Positions 11,925 to 25,900 of a stretch of DNA of 64,000 nt are shown piece after piece. The position numbers and the translations under genes are program-made. The DNA comes from Octopus sinensis (taxonomy: Eukaryota), in the NCBI RefSeq assembly GCF_006345805.1, contig NC_043016.1:13640001-13704000 (forward strand), read 5' to 3'. Below the pieces are notes generated by a model. That model ran no database searches. It had not been told where the DNA came from and saw only the letters and a program-made list of their open reading frames with translations. Every line of letters begins with the position of its first letter. Within the stretch, counting starts at the first letter, position 1.

Positions 11925-12673
11925 TCATCTCTTATCTTGTCTTTCTCCAAATCCCGGAACCATTACTCCCGTATGTCATGCCCCCCCCCCCCCCGCTCAT
12001 CTATCGGCCTTCACTCTGTCTCATTTAATTCCTACACTATATGCTTATCTATCTATTGGCCTTCACTCTGTCTCTTTTAATTCCTAGAGTTGCCAGTTTC
12101 GTGGTTTGTGTCGTGTCCCCCCACCCTCCTTATCACTATGTGTCTCTCTCTATCGGCCGTCACTCTGTCTGTGTCTATATCTCACTTTCTTTCGATTACC
12201 ACCCGCCTTGCCAAGACTTCCTACTTCCCCCCACCACAACTTTCACCACCCTATATAAACTAACGCACGCTTGCTGACCCTTCTATTGACTCCGATTCCC
12301 TGGCTGTAAAATACGAATCTCTGAGGATGAAAAATTTCAGATAAGAGATTTTAAGCTTTCAACTTGTTACTCACCTTTCATTGTATTTTTGCGAATATCA
12401 TCATCATAAACCCTTATTATTATTTTCTCGCTATTCTGTCTATTTCAGCGCCATGCCATCATGTAAATATAGTTCTATAGTTTCGTCTTAAACCCTAGCT
12501 CACATATTTCCTTAATTTGCAACATATTCGTCACTCATGAAAATTTATCACACGATCACACAGTCTTTCGTCTCTAATCTTGTCTTTCTCCAAATCTCGG
12601 AACCATTACTCCTGCATGTCAAACAGACACACAGAAACACACACAGACAAACTGCCGTTTATATATAGAGAGA
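11925..12673 (-). mobile_element. Non-autonomous Helitron-like element, 3' end not found
   Basis: Minus-strand A|TCTCTCTATATATAAACGGCAGTTTGTCTGTGTG start; internal ~55-bp duplication (11925-11978 and 12570-12621). Confidence 0.55.
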
Positions 12674-12812
12674 TATGTGGCACCATGGTTTTAGGATATC
12701 AATTCTGTTGTAGTGGTTAGGTCTTCTCGAGTACAGCAATGCACCATATATCTTGGTCTTTCATCTATCCTTCAAATTGTTACATTCAAATATGTTCATC
12801 GTTTTGTTCCAG

Positions 12813-12830
12813 ACCTAAAAATTACTAAAA
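12813..12830 (+). other. Candidate 18-nt microexon
   Basis: gttttgttccag|ACCTAAAAATTACTAAAA|gtatgt; open only in phase 1 (xLKITK), which is not directly compatible with exon 14621. Confidence 0.2.
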
Positions 12831-13259
12831 GTATGTGTTATATTTGAAAATTTTATGGCTAGATAATCCTTTTGTTGTTTTCTAAATTTTTCCTGCACAC
12901 TTCACATAATGCTATATATACGGTAACAAAGGAAAAGAATTCTTCAGAGAGGTGTGTTAAACATCCAATTCACTGGTACGTCAGTTGAATATCTCATAAA
13001 TATGGATTTAATGCAAATTACAAACAAATTAGATACAACTGACAATCCAATAATTATAATGTAACATATGATATGAAGTTGAATATCACATAAATGTACT
13101 TCATAGTATGTTATAATATAAATTATTGGATTGTCAATTGTATCTCTCTATTTAATTTATTGTTTGTAATGATATATACACACACACACATACCGAGGGC
13201 TTTTAGCAGTACTATTGAAATTGGGAGGGTAAACAATAGTCTATACTGGTGGTTTTTCA

Positions 13260-13480
13260 GAATCGTTAGCACGCTGGGCAAAGTGCTTAGCAGTATTTTG
13301 TCTGCTGTTACATTCCAAGTTCAAATTCCGCTGAGGTTGACTTTGCCTTTCATCCTTTCGAGTCGATTAAATAAGTACCAGTTATGCAATTGGGTTGATG
13401 TAATTGACTTAATCCCTTTGTCTGTCCTTGTTTGTCCCCTCTGTGTTTTAGCCTCTTGTGGGCAATAAAGAAATAAATAT
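13260..13480 (+). mobile_element. Meta-domain-type SINE
   Basis: GCCTTTCATCCTTTCG..GTCGAT.AAATAAGTACCAG central domain; further copies at 22996-23670 (three clustered), 32097-32310 and 53626-53945 (with partial tandem duplication). Confidence 0.7.
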
Positions 13481-13631
13481 TCAAAATACTGGAAATGCTC
13501 TAAAGATGGTAGGGGGCAGTGTGAAAAAAAAAGGCTCTCATCCATGTTTTTGAAATTCAGTTATATTGTTTATTTAGATTTGGTACCGTACAAATTAACT
13601 AAATTTAAATTCAAATTTGTTTTGTTGGCAG

Positions 13632-13652
13632 ATTGCAAAAAAGAAAATCCTG
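13632..13652 (+). other. Candidate 21-nt microexon of GLYR1
   Basis: tttgttttgttggcag|ATTGCAAAAAAGAAAATCCTG|gtaaga; in phase 0 reads IAKKKIL into exon 14621. Confidence 0.3.
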
Positions 13653-14065
13653 GTAAGATATATTTATTTATATTGTTTGTCATATTTGATAGTTCGCCTG
13701 AAGAAATTTGTTGCCCTCTTCCCACCATCTCTATCTCACACTTATTACTATTCTAAAGCAAATATTTTGAAATGTGTTCAGTATTACCCATACAATATTT
13801 CATATACTTATGAAGTGCTCTGAAACAGGTTAAACTCCTGACTAGTGGAGTCTAGAATCTGTGCACTTAAGGTGCTGCTGCCTGAGGGAAAGTTATTATT
13901 CCCTCTTCCATATAAATTTTGGTCTGTGTCTTATCAAAACAAATCAAACTTTCAAATATATTACCAAATGACCATTATTTCTAAGCAGGCAAAAATTGGG
14001 ATAAGCATTTTTATATGTATTTCTCTACTAATTCTATATTTAATTTAAAAGAATATTTTCTATTA

Positions 14066-14276
14066 AATGGTTGTATACTGTCAATCTAACCTGAACGTGA
14101 CAGTAGGGGGTTACACCACCGCTGTTTAGCCCTAGGAAGCATCGACGCCTCCTGATGGCTTTGACAGGAAAAATGTGTCAAAGCCATCAGGAGGCATCGA
14201 TGCTTCCTAGGGCTAAACAGCAGTGGTGTACCCCCCTACTGTCACGTTCACGTTAGATTGACAGTATACAACCATT
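14066..14276. repeat. Near-perfect palindrome: 101-bp arms, 9-nt loop
   Basis: Arms 14066-14166 and 14176-14276, 4 mismatches, loop GGAAAAATG. Confidence 0.95.
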
Positions 14277-14620
14277 CTATCGCCCCACCACCGTACATAT
14301 CTCTATGAGAAATTTAGAAATTTAATATTTCTGATTTCTATTAAAAATCTTTATTAAACATTTATTTTAAGATATTCTTTCACATATTTTTTATAATTTC
14401 ATGCCTAGAGATAAAATTAGTTAGGTAAATATCTATTTAAATTTTTGTTTTTAAATTGGTCCATGATTCTAGAATGCTTGTAGTTCTGAAACTTTTAAAA
14501 CCATTTTCTTTTACTATAGAATGTAATTAAAATACTGAATTTCTTTTGTTAGTAATTGCATCATGTAATGTCTTCTTCGTGTTAAGTGTTTTTCTCTGTA
14601 ATTGTTTGTACTTTCTTCAG

Positions 14621-14830
14621 TCCAATTCAATTAAGAAGTATGTGTCATTAGCAAGTAATGGGAAAGATTCCAGTAAAGTGGACAAAGTGATGCACAGGGA
14701 CAAACATGAGTCTTCAGCTTCCCAATTCAAAAAGAAGTCAGTTGCGAGGATTAACATCAGAAATTCCCGATCAGATAATGTCAGGCTCCAGGCAAAAGAA
14801 AAATCGAAGTCTCCCGACAAAGAAACTAAG
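14621..14830 (+). CDS. GLYR1: GLYR1 linker exon (SNSIKKY...SPDKETK), phase 0-0
   Basis: Acceptor ctttcttcag, donor gtgagg, 70 open codons, K/S-rich, in phase with the next exon. Confidence 0.7.
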
Positions 14831-17800
14831 GTGAGGATGCAGATAGTGCTCTGCCTGTATTAATATTAATTATTTAGCTATTTTGTAATTTTTATTTTTT
14901 TAAATTCACTTTCAAAAATGTATAACTATTTCAGTTAAGGTTAGTGTGAATGAAAGTTCAATGATGTGTATATAGTAGTCATTTAAATATTTGAACAAAG
15001 GCATCTTGTATGGTGAAATTGAATGAGATGAATTCATGCTTAATTTGAGGAACATCCCTTCAGTATTTATAGATTGATAAGCCAGCGCCACCCTGACTGG
15101 CTTCTGTACCGGTGGCACATAAAAAGCACCATCCGAATGTGGCCGTTGCCTTGGCTGGCTTCCATGCCGGTGGCACGTTAAAAGCTCCAACCAATCGTGG
15201 CCGATGCCGGACCCCCCTGACACCTGTGCAGGTGGCGCGTAAAAGCATCCACTACACTCGCGGAGTGGTTGGCGTTAGGAAGGGCATCCAGCTGTAGAAA
15301 CTCTGCCAGATCAGACTGGAGCCTGGTGCAGCCCCTGGCTTCCCAGACCCCGGTCGAACCGTCCAACTCGTGCTAGCTCGGAAAACAGACGTTAAACGAT
15401 GATGATAATGAAGTAAGTGTTAGGCAGCTAAATTTCTTTTCAAACTTAAAATATTGGTTCATATAAACAATTCAGCAAGTCTGGACAGTTTTATAAGAAT
15501 AGTTGGTAATGTCCTTCCTAATAACTACCTAGCTATTGGAAGGAAATGTATTTAGTTTTAGATATAAATATTTAAGCAAATAATACATGTTCATAGTAAG
15601 GCAGTTGTTGCAGATTTTCAACTTGAGATCGTATGCAAGTAACATAGTTATCTGTTGATAGATTGAATATATACACTGGTGGGATTCCTGACCAGAAAAT
15701 CTAATTAAAAATACAAACTCTTTCGAAACATCATTAATATTGGTTATCTGAGCAATTTTACAGAAAGGTAAATGAGTAAAGAAATAATTACAAACAATAT
15801 GTGTTGAACTAAGAATTTACTTTAAAGAAATTTCAAAGATTATTAATAGATATTTCTGTAATTAACTTCTTTTGGCATTAAAAAGAATATTATAAAAAAA
15901 AAATTTAAAAAATTAAAAAAATTCTACCACACTGATTTCTAGTTATGAGGGTAGAAGGAATGTAGCAGTTTGATAACTTATATAGTGAAATTAACTTATA
16001 ACCTCTTCAGAAATGTAAGAGAGAAAATATTAGATTAAACAAAAATCCATGGAAAGTGGTGGTGGTCTGTGTTGGTAAGACTTGTTTTATTGTTTTTTTG
16101 TTTGTTTGTTTGTTTTTTTTGGTGGAAAAAAGCAACAGAAAGAGTATAATGAATTCCCATGGGGGAGTGGAGTATCCATTTTGGACCCAGTCCTTCTACA
16201 AGGCTAAGGATGACAGGAGGGAAAAAAAGAATAGAGCAGGGTTTTGTTTTTATACTTTTGCTATTTTTGAGGGACTGGCTGCAACCGATTGGGGTTCCAT
16301 CAGTTACTCTGTCATCTTTGTCTTGAAGAAGGTTACTTTTTCTGTCACCTTTTCCTAATAATATTAGGATAAGTGTGCATGTGTAAATTGAAACCAAATT
16401 GTAACCTTTGCTGTGTGTGACCATTTCTTATTTTCTTTGTTTCCAATATTGTAAGGTAATTCTCTAGCTCATAACAATAAAAAAAAGTTTAAATCATCCA
16501 AGTATTTCATAAGATGTAATATTTTATCCGTTATTTTATTTTTTTTTTTTGTACCAGGGCACTCAATAACTGATGGAATATGCGTTACTTTTTTTTTTTT
16601 TGTCCAAGAGCAGTTTGGAATCCTGTTAGAATCTAATCTGATGACCGGCATGCAGTAAAATAAAAAATAAAAAATGACTTATGCCAGTTATGAGGTGGGA
16701 TACAATCAGTACTGTAACCTAAAGTTGTTGGGTGTTTCTGGTCTTTAGACATTAGATACTTTCATCTAGGTGAGCCATCCAGACTCCCTCTTAGATGTAC
16801 GGTTGCTGCTTGGATGCATCAGCTCTCAACCAAAGCAACTTGGCAGCTTCTGCAACTTCATTTCCAAACAGTATAGTCCTCTTCTATATCACTCCTACAA
16901 AGCCTTTACAGCCCTCCATTATAGGCTTGTGTTTTCCAACTTCTATTCTGGCACCACTTCTGTACCATTTCTTGGTAGTTTACAGTTTCTATGTATTAGC
17001 TTATCAATACACTCTTCCCATAGCACTAAATTCTCATGATCATGTCTAGCTGGAGCAATGTTGAAATGTTGATACTATGTGCAATGGAAATTTCAGCTGC
17101 CTGCATCTGTGTGCAAATATCAGTCAGACAATATGTATAGAAGGGTTATCCTTGTTTTCTCTGCAGCTTTAACAAATTTAATTACCTTCTTCGCAGTGTA
17201 CTGTTGTGTATTTACACTGATGGCAATGGCTGAACTTTCAGCAATTGCCTTTAGCATATGATCATGGCACCAGTGATAGCAATTTCTCCAAGGGCTTTTG
17301 GACTGCTACTGGAGAGATGTTTTAAAGCTCCTCTTTCAGAACAGAGTGGGCAGGATGGTTTCTCATTCTTGTCCCAGAAGTAAAATATTAGCAGATCTTG
17401 GCAAGGAATCATAGACATATAGGTGTGATGGAAGTTCACCTGCATGACATCTGACTTTAACTGATTTGAAAAATGCTGACTGTTTTAAGCTGTTTTGTAG
17501 TTTCCACCTAAACTCATAAATGTATCTTTATAAAATGCTGTCAATAAATAATACAGATTAGTAGCATTTAGAAGATAATGATTAAGCTGTGCATCTGAGA
17601 GACCTAGAAATTAATATTTCTACATTAATAGTGTTTATGATGCAAACATTGTATAAATCGAATATAAATCAGTTGCTTTATCAGAATGTTTTCGACTGCT
17701 ATGAACAGCTCTTGTATCTTTCATTTGACATGGTTTTCTAATGTTAATAATAGGTTTAATTAATAGAAGGAATTAAATCAACAAAAAATTATCTGGTTGA

Positions 17801-20800
17801 TTTTATTTGCTGATTCTGCCAGATCAGTAGAATTGATGTGTTTCATCTTTAGACTGAACATTTGTTAGTCAGTATCTGTAGGGGGGAAAAATGGATATGG
17901 AAGGAATTCTATAGGACTGAGTTGGAAAGAATGAGAAAAGTGTTTGTGATAGATTTGGAAGAAAGGGGAGGCACTGTAAGATTATGGGAAAAGGGGACAG
18001 ATGGAAAGTGATGATATGCCTAAAACTAGATCAAAGGAATAGAGGTATTACTGAGAGAATTTGTAGTATATTTATGAAACATTAAATGTAGTTTGCTGAA
18101 ATCAGTAAAATTTTGGTCTAGAAGGTGTTTGCAGCAGTAGATCATCATCATTTAACATCCATTTTCCATGCTGGCATGGGTTGGATGGTTTGACTGAAAT
18201 CTGGAAAGCCAGTGGCTGCACCAAGCTCCAATCTGATCTAGCAACGTTTCTACTGCTGGATGTCCTTCCTAATGCCAACCACTCCGAGAGTGTAGTGGGT
18301 GCTTTTTATGTTCCACTGGCACAGGAGCCAGTCAGGCGAGCCTGGCATCAATCACATTTGGATAGTGCTTTTTACGTGTCACTGGCACGAGAGCCAGTCA
18401 GGGGGCACTGGCATCGGCCATGTTCGGATGGTGCTTTTTACGTGCCACCAGAAGGTGAATGGAAAACTTGCAGACTTTGATCCTCAAAAGAACCATATGC
18501 TTTTGTGACTAGTAGTATTGCAATGGGGAATGGTTTGATTCAGGAATTGTAGATGGTATTCTTTACTGTATTGCAGTAACTACAGGTAAATCTCTTGGCT
18601 GTTTTGGAATTGCATTTTTGTTGGCTTGAGGAATAACATGCTTATATCCTTTATAGTGATATAGTGGAGAGTTAAGGGTAGCAGATGATTTGGCCTTTGT
18701 GCCAGATGTATCAGTGTGTATGTGTGAGAGTCTTGGTTGGTACATGGAAGTTCCTAAATACAATGATTTCAGAAAGAAGTGAGATAGATGTCTTTGACAA
18801 AGGGAATGAAATGTCCAATAATTAATAAATAATCTGACAAAAAATGACTTTCTCAAGCCATTGGGCAAACAGCTATACACTCATTCAAACTGCTCGGAAA
18901 TAACAGCCAAATTTTCTTAAACTACTTACCTGAATGGAAGAACATAGGGCAATGATGTAGATGTACCAAAAGAGAGTGATCACGAGATAGAATACTAATG
19001 ACTTTAGGTCTGTTTAATCAGAACTGATTTGGATTTACCCAGTGGTTAAAAAGTGTCTTATTGTGATAATCTGACCTTTGAAAGAATATGAAAAATATAT
19101 AAAGAAATTTGATCAAAGTTGAATTAACTGAGATTTAAGCAAGTAACCTATCGTCGTTGTCATTTAGCATCTGTGATTAATTTAAATGGTTGTTAACAGG
19201 AGGAAAGGAACAGTATAAAAATTATTTATTCCTAAGGTCATATCATCATCATCACCACCACCATCTGTGAACTTGTTCATGTTAGAATGGGTTATACAGA
19301 GCTTTTTGGAATAGTTTTAGGGCTGGATGCCCTTTCTGACACCAACCATTTTAGTCTTCTCTTTCAGCATGCAGTATAAAACCTGCGATACATACACTTA
19401 TTTCGTATAATAATATCAAGCCCTTTAAAATATTTGTCTTACTAGATTTTACATTTGTTGCTGATGTCTTAACTCTATTTTCAGGATGAATCTTCACCAC
19501 TGAAGCCAAGCTTAAAACGACTAAGCTCTTCTAATTATGCACCAAAAAATAAGAAATCAAAAATGGTTGTTAGAGTTGCAGCACCACAAACTAAGACTGA
19601 TATTCCAAGTAGAAAATCTGTCAGCAAAAAGGCTAATTTATCTTTAAATCGCAAGAACAGTCCATTAAAGCCAAAAGCCCATCAAAATTCTATCAAACTC
19701 ACTGAGAATAATGTATATGTAAGTTAATGACTTTAAATATATTTAATATTATCGTATTAATTGTCTAAAGTTTTGTAATGAATTAATGCTTTTATACTAA
19801 TTATTCATTGTCTCTTATCCACTAAACCACTGGTGTATGCACAATTTTTATTGCATTTTAGGTTAAGTGTTTAGAGAAGGACAAACATTTTGGTGAGATT
19901 AAGAAAATGAATGTTATTTTTAAGTTCTGTAAAAAAAAAAAAAAAGGAGCTAGTAAAGTATATATCCTTAGAGCAATTTTATTGCAGTCTCTACCTGTGA
20001 ATTTCTCGTATTTGTGCTAAAAACCACGTTCAGATGGTGCTTTTTACAAGCCACAGGCATGGGGGGAGCCAGTCAGGCAGCTCTGGTGCTTTTGTGCGTG
20101 CCACCAGCACTGGTATCGGCCACGACCACAATTTCCATTTGATTTACTTGACTCAGTAGGTCTCCTCAAGCATGGTATGTTGCCCGGCAATTCAAAGGTA
20201 CTTTTTAAATGGACATGTATGTGTGTATATATTTATGTGAGTGTCTTTGTGTGTGTCCCCTCATTGCTTTGACACCACTGTTGGTGTGTCTATATCCCTG
20301 TAACTAGCAGTTCAGCAAAAGGAATAAGTCCTGGGGTCGATTTCTTTAACTAAAAAAACCCTTTAAGGCAATGCTGCAGCATGGCCACAGTCAAATGACT
20401 GAAACAAGTAAAAGAATACAGTTGATCTAGAAGATAGTTGAATACAGACCCTGCTGGCTGCACATCTATGGCCTCTGACCAGCCATCTATCTTTATGATG
20501 AATTTATGGTTTCAAACTTTATTCAGTTATGCTATCACAACATTATATTTACTTGCACAGAATCATACCATTTTCCCCCTATAAAACCACTTTAAAATAT
20601 CTTTCAATACAAGTATACCAAAACATACTTGATTTGTTTTCCCCCTCTTTATCCTTTGATATCTCTTTTCCCATACTGGCATGGGTTGGATAGTTGAACA
20701 AGAACAGATGAGCCAGGAGGTTTCCACCATCTTCTGTATCTTCTTTGGCATGGTTTCTGCAGCCAGATGCCCTTTTTAATGTCAACCACTTGACCAGAGT

Positions 20801-21688
20801 GTATTGAGTGCTTCTTATGTGGTACCAGCACCATTGAGGTCACCAAGTACTTGCAAGGTAAGATTCCCCCACTCGAGTGAGCAGGGTATAGACTGGAGGA
20901 ATAAGACACTGGGACAGAGGGAGAGGGGCAGATGTCTTGCTGAAGAGGTGAATACATGGGCTTGCCTACCTCGAAAATGAGAGAGAGAAAGATATGCGAG
21001 GCCCAGGTACAACAGGAATATGGGACAGATTAGGAAGTGCACTGAGTGAAAATAGTGTGACATGATTAGAGATAGGGAATGGGTTGGACACAGAGGATAT
21101 GAGTTCAATGTAAAATAGGGGCACATCTTATATTCTGACAAATATAAAATAATTGTGAATAGTAGCCAAGTCACTGATATCACTTAAACTAGTTAAACTG
21201 TATAAATATTATCAGTTGATTTGTTGTTAAAAATAATGTAATCAAAATAAGTCAAAATGTTTTCAAGATCTGAAAATTCCTTCTTAGGAGATAACTTGCT
21301 TTAAAAAAAAGAAGGGAAAAACTCATATATGCTTATGCCTATTAGACTAGTATATTTGTACCATTTGAAAATGGCAGTGAATTATAAATATATTTTTAAT
21401 GGAAGTCCTTACATAATATTTTGGCATGTAAAAAGCACCCACTACACTCACGGAGTGGTTGGTGTTAGGAAGGGCATCCAGCTGTAGAAACATTGCCAGA
21501 TAAGACTGGAGCCTGGTGCAGCCTTCTGGCTTCCCAGATCCCCGGTCGAACCGTCCAACCCATGCTAGCATGGAGAACGGACGTTAAACGATGATGATGA
21601 TGATTTTGCAGTGAATAATCTGCAACATCACATTTTTTTCTATAAACATATTAAATTCTTAATCCTTGCTTGCCAAAGGTTACATTAC

Positions 21689-21719
<31 letters not shown>

Positions 21720-22941
21720 GCCTGGGAAATAGTCTCTTTTAAGAATAAACTTTCAGCATTTTCATATGTATGCATGTGCAATGTGCACATGTGTTTATGC
21801 ATGTAGGTCACAATACAGACCACATGGTCTCTGGTCCACCCTCACTGTGTGAGACTTTGGGCAAGTGTCTTCTATTATAACCACAGGCTAACCAAAGCCT
21901 TCTTAGTGGATTTGGTAGATATAAGCTGGAAGAAACCCATCATACACACACACACACATCATCTTCATCATCACTCATACACACACACACACGTGTGTGT
22001 ATTACTGTCTTTGCCTTGGCATCATGTAATAATTGTAAATGGGAAATGTCCTTCATCTCCAAGATTCTGTGAAAACGTCTGGCCATGGAAAATCTGCCTC
22101 GATAAATTTCCATCTGACCCATGCAAACATGGGAAAGTGGATGTTAAATGAGGATGCTAATGATGTAATATGTATGAATATTTGCATGTATACATATATA
22201 GTTCTTTATATAAATATACATTCAAAGACACACCAACACACACGCATATACAATGTGTGTGTGTACAAATATCATCATCATAATCATCTGATTTAATATT
22301 AGTTTCCCATGCTGGCATGGGATGGAGAGTTTGACAGGTTCCAGTGTACTTAAAAAGGAAATTTAACCCTTTAGCTTTTAAACCAGCCAGATCCAGCCCA
22401 AATATATTACATTTAAACTGGCCTCTCACACCTATCTGATGATGTCATACTAAAAATAAACAAGTATATCATCAAACTCTGATTGCAAAAAGATGATGTA
22501 TTAGCAAGTCCAAACAATGTGAATAAATAACCATTACATTTGACTGAATTGCTGAAGGGTTAAAATATTTGATTAATTTCTTTTACATTATCCTGAAGCA
22601 AATTTATTTGTGGAAAAAATGTTTACTCAATTCTTTTTTAAGTATACTCTTATTCCTTATTTTACTGTTGACTATTTGAAATCTCTTTCAGGAATCAGCA
22701 CAGTTACCAGTGAAGTCTGTATCATCTGCCACACAAATTGAAGAGACTCTTCTTTCAAGGTCTATTTCTTCAGTTAATACAAATGTTTATCCTACAAAAT
22801 TGAAAATTGGTTTCCTTGGTTTGGGGATCATGGGGCAAGGAATGGTGATGAATTTAATTCGTTCTGGCCATGAGGTTACTGTCTGGAATCGAACCTCAAC
22901 TAAGGTACTTTTGAAAATTTTTGTTGTCTCTGTTTATTTAC

Positions 22942-22996
<55 letters not shown>

Positions 22997-25900
22997 GGTG
23001 GTGAGCTGGCAAAACGCTTAGTGACATTTTGTCTATCCTTATGTTTTGAGTTCAAATTCCACTGAAGTCAACTTCGCTTTTCATCCTTTTGGGGTCAATA
23101 AATTAATTACCAGTGAAACACTGAGGTCCATATAATCGACTGGTCCCCTCCCCCAAATTTCAGGTGTGTGCCTATAATAGAAAGGAGTTATTATTGTTAT
23201 ATTAAAACTCATAGCTTATATTGCTGGGTATGATGGAAAGTGTCTGCTATCCACAGCCCTTGTTTTACTGGTCATGCTTTAAGAACCTTGTGAAGAATTC
23301 TTGCAGTTCCAAGCAATTCTGATTTAATATTAATAATAAGGCAATGAGCTAGCAGGATTGTTACTGTGCCAGGCAATGCTTAGTGGCTTTTCTTCTGGCT
23401 TTTATTTTCTGAGGTCAACTTTGTCTTTCATCCTTTCAGGGTTGATAAATAAGCACCAGTTGGGGTTGATGTAATCAATTAGCTTCCTCCCCCAAAATTT
23501 CAGGCCTTGTGCCTATAGTAGAAAGAATTATATGGTAAGCTTACAGAATCATTACCATGTTTGAGAAAATGCCTCATGGTTTATGTTCTGTATTTAAATT
23601 CCACTGAAGCCAACTCTGCTTTTCATCCTTTCAGAGTTGATTGAATTAGTACCAGTTGAATATTCCCTCCAAAATCAGAAACAGTTATTATTTATAAGCT
23701 TTTGTAAACCTTTCTAAAAAAAAATATATTTACTTGATAATATGCATTGCTTGTCACCACTATGTGTATGAAAATAATTCATAGTTTTCCCCTAACAGCT
23801 CAAACCATTTCCTACATTAATTTCTTTTAAATGCAACAGCATATATTTTATTTTTCTGTTTGTCACATTTTTGTTTCTAAATTCTCTTCAGTGTCGGGAT
23901 TTTATTAAAGAAGGTGCCTTAAAGAAAAACACACCTGCAGATGTTGTACATGCTTGTGACATTACCATTTCTTGTATATCTGATACTGCAGCTGTGAAAG
24001 ATGTAAGTTTATTTTATACTTCATACTTTTGTATCTTCTTTGCTGACTAGAAAATATTGTATTTTAATTAAATCCTAAAATAATCCTTGAATTTAGACTA
24101 GTTTTGTAAAGCAAATACTTTACCAGTTTGGTGTGGCCTCTCAATCTACAATCTCATTCTAAAATTAAGCAATCATATCATCAAAATCTCAAAGCTGCAC
24201 GATAGCACATAAATTAATTGAAAACAAAATCAATAAGCATTACATTTGATAGAGTAATCTGAATGCTAAAGGGTTAAGATAGTATTCTTTAACAATTGTT
24301 CTTACTCCAAAACTAAGTCTTTACCCATAACTACACTGCCAGTAAAGATATTTGTTAATCACACACATACCTTTTTTTAATAGTAGACTGTTATATAGTT
24401 AAAGTCTCGTTAGTTACTATGGTGACAACAGTCTACCTATCTTTCTTTCACACACACACACACTCTCTCACAGTATTTCTCACTCAACAACAACCACCTG
24501 TTTTTGTCTTGAAACAAATTTTAATTCTGTCTTTCACACAAACTCTCTCTCTCTCACTGAATTTCTTTCTCAACAACTACCTCACGTTATAGTGAATGTC
24601 TTTTTTAAAGTATGTGTTGTGTTTATGTTGAAAGATATACAGTAACATACACACTAACAGAAATACGCACAAACTACAACCAAAAAAATAACTTTATTGT
24701 TATATAGTGAAAGTGTTTCTTTTTAATTTTCTTTTTTGTGTGTGTGTTGCATTGCATTGTCTCTATGTGGAAAGACATACAGAAACACAGAAATATACGC
24801 ACACGCGAACAAAAAAAAATCACTATATTGTTATATAATGAAAGATTTTCTTTCAAGCTGTGTTGCCTTGTGTTGAGAGAGTTGCACTTAACATTGCCAC
24901 ATTTTAAATCAAATTCGCATTAGTTACTATGGTGACAACACTACCTATCTCTTTATCTTTCACACACACACACACACACACTCTATTTCTTTCTCACACT
25001 CGCACTGTATTTTTTGCTCAACATTTTCTTCTTTTCCTCCCTCTAATAGATGTTGTGACAGACAGACAGAGATCCACTTCTTTTATAATTATTTTACTCT
25101 GCATTACAATATTTTAGTTTTCACACAGTTCTGCTCATATAATTAGTTAATTCAGTTATGTTGATTACATTTTGAAATCCCTTTTTCACATATGCTCTTT
25201 AATGTTTAACTCATTAACATCCAGTAAAACATTAGTCTGCATGATGCCATATCCATCTAATACTGCATGAAACTACAAATTGTGTCTCTTCCCCATTTGT
25301 ATTAAAGGAAGTTATGAACGCTTTAATCTGAGGAGGAAAACTTTAATCCCTTCCTCTGTTATTTCTTTACCTTTTCTAATGTTTGCTATTAACATTGGCC
25401 CACGTGTTGTTGAAATTTACCTCCCCCCCCAACCTCAGTTTTTGCATTGAAACTTTGATAAGTGGAAGCTAATCATTCTTTGAGTGACAACTTATTTGAT
25501 GATCATGTCAGTGAATTAAATAGCTTACTGCCATATCACGTTGAATACACCGGTTATCATCTGATGATAGAGGCTTTGGGGATAACCAGAGTTTTCTATC
25601 TATTTCTTCTGTTTGCACTTGAGGTCGGGTGTTGATCTGTCAGATTCAAATGAATTGTGCTTAGTCCAGAAATAACTTTAAGGATTTGAGTATTTTTTAT
25701 TTATTTATTTTTTGTTGGGTGGGGACATCCTGCAATTTTCTCCATTTAATTTGTTCAACAAACTGATTACTGATTGGTACATGGGGCAATAGAGAACTGT
25801 CACCTTTGTTCTGTGTTGAAATTTTAGCATCTGTGTGTATGTTGCTTGTAATAGGAGTAATCAAGGGAAAACATTTAAAAAATTTTTTTGATGTTTGTGT

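Noticed and set aside
16035-16424. 129-aa minus-strand ORF with a possible acceptor
   Set aside because: Partly low-complexity, no donor identified and no recognisable homology
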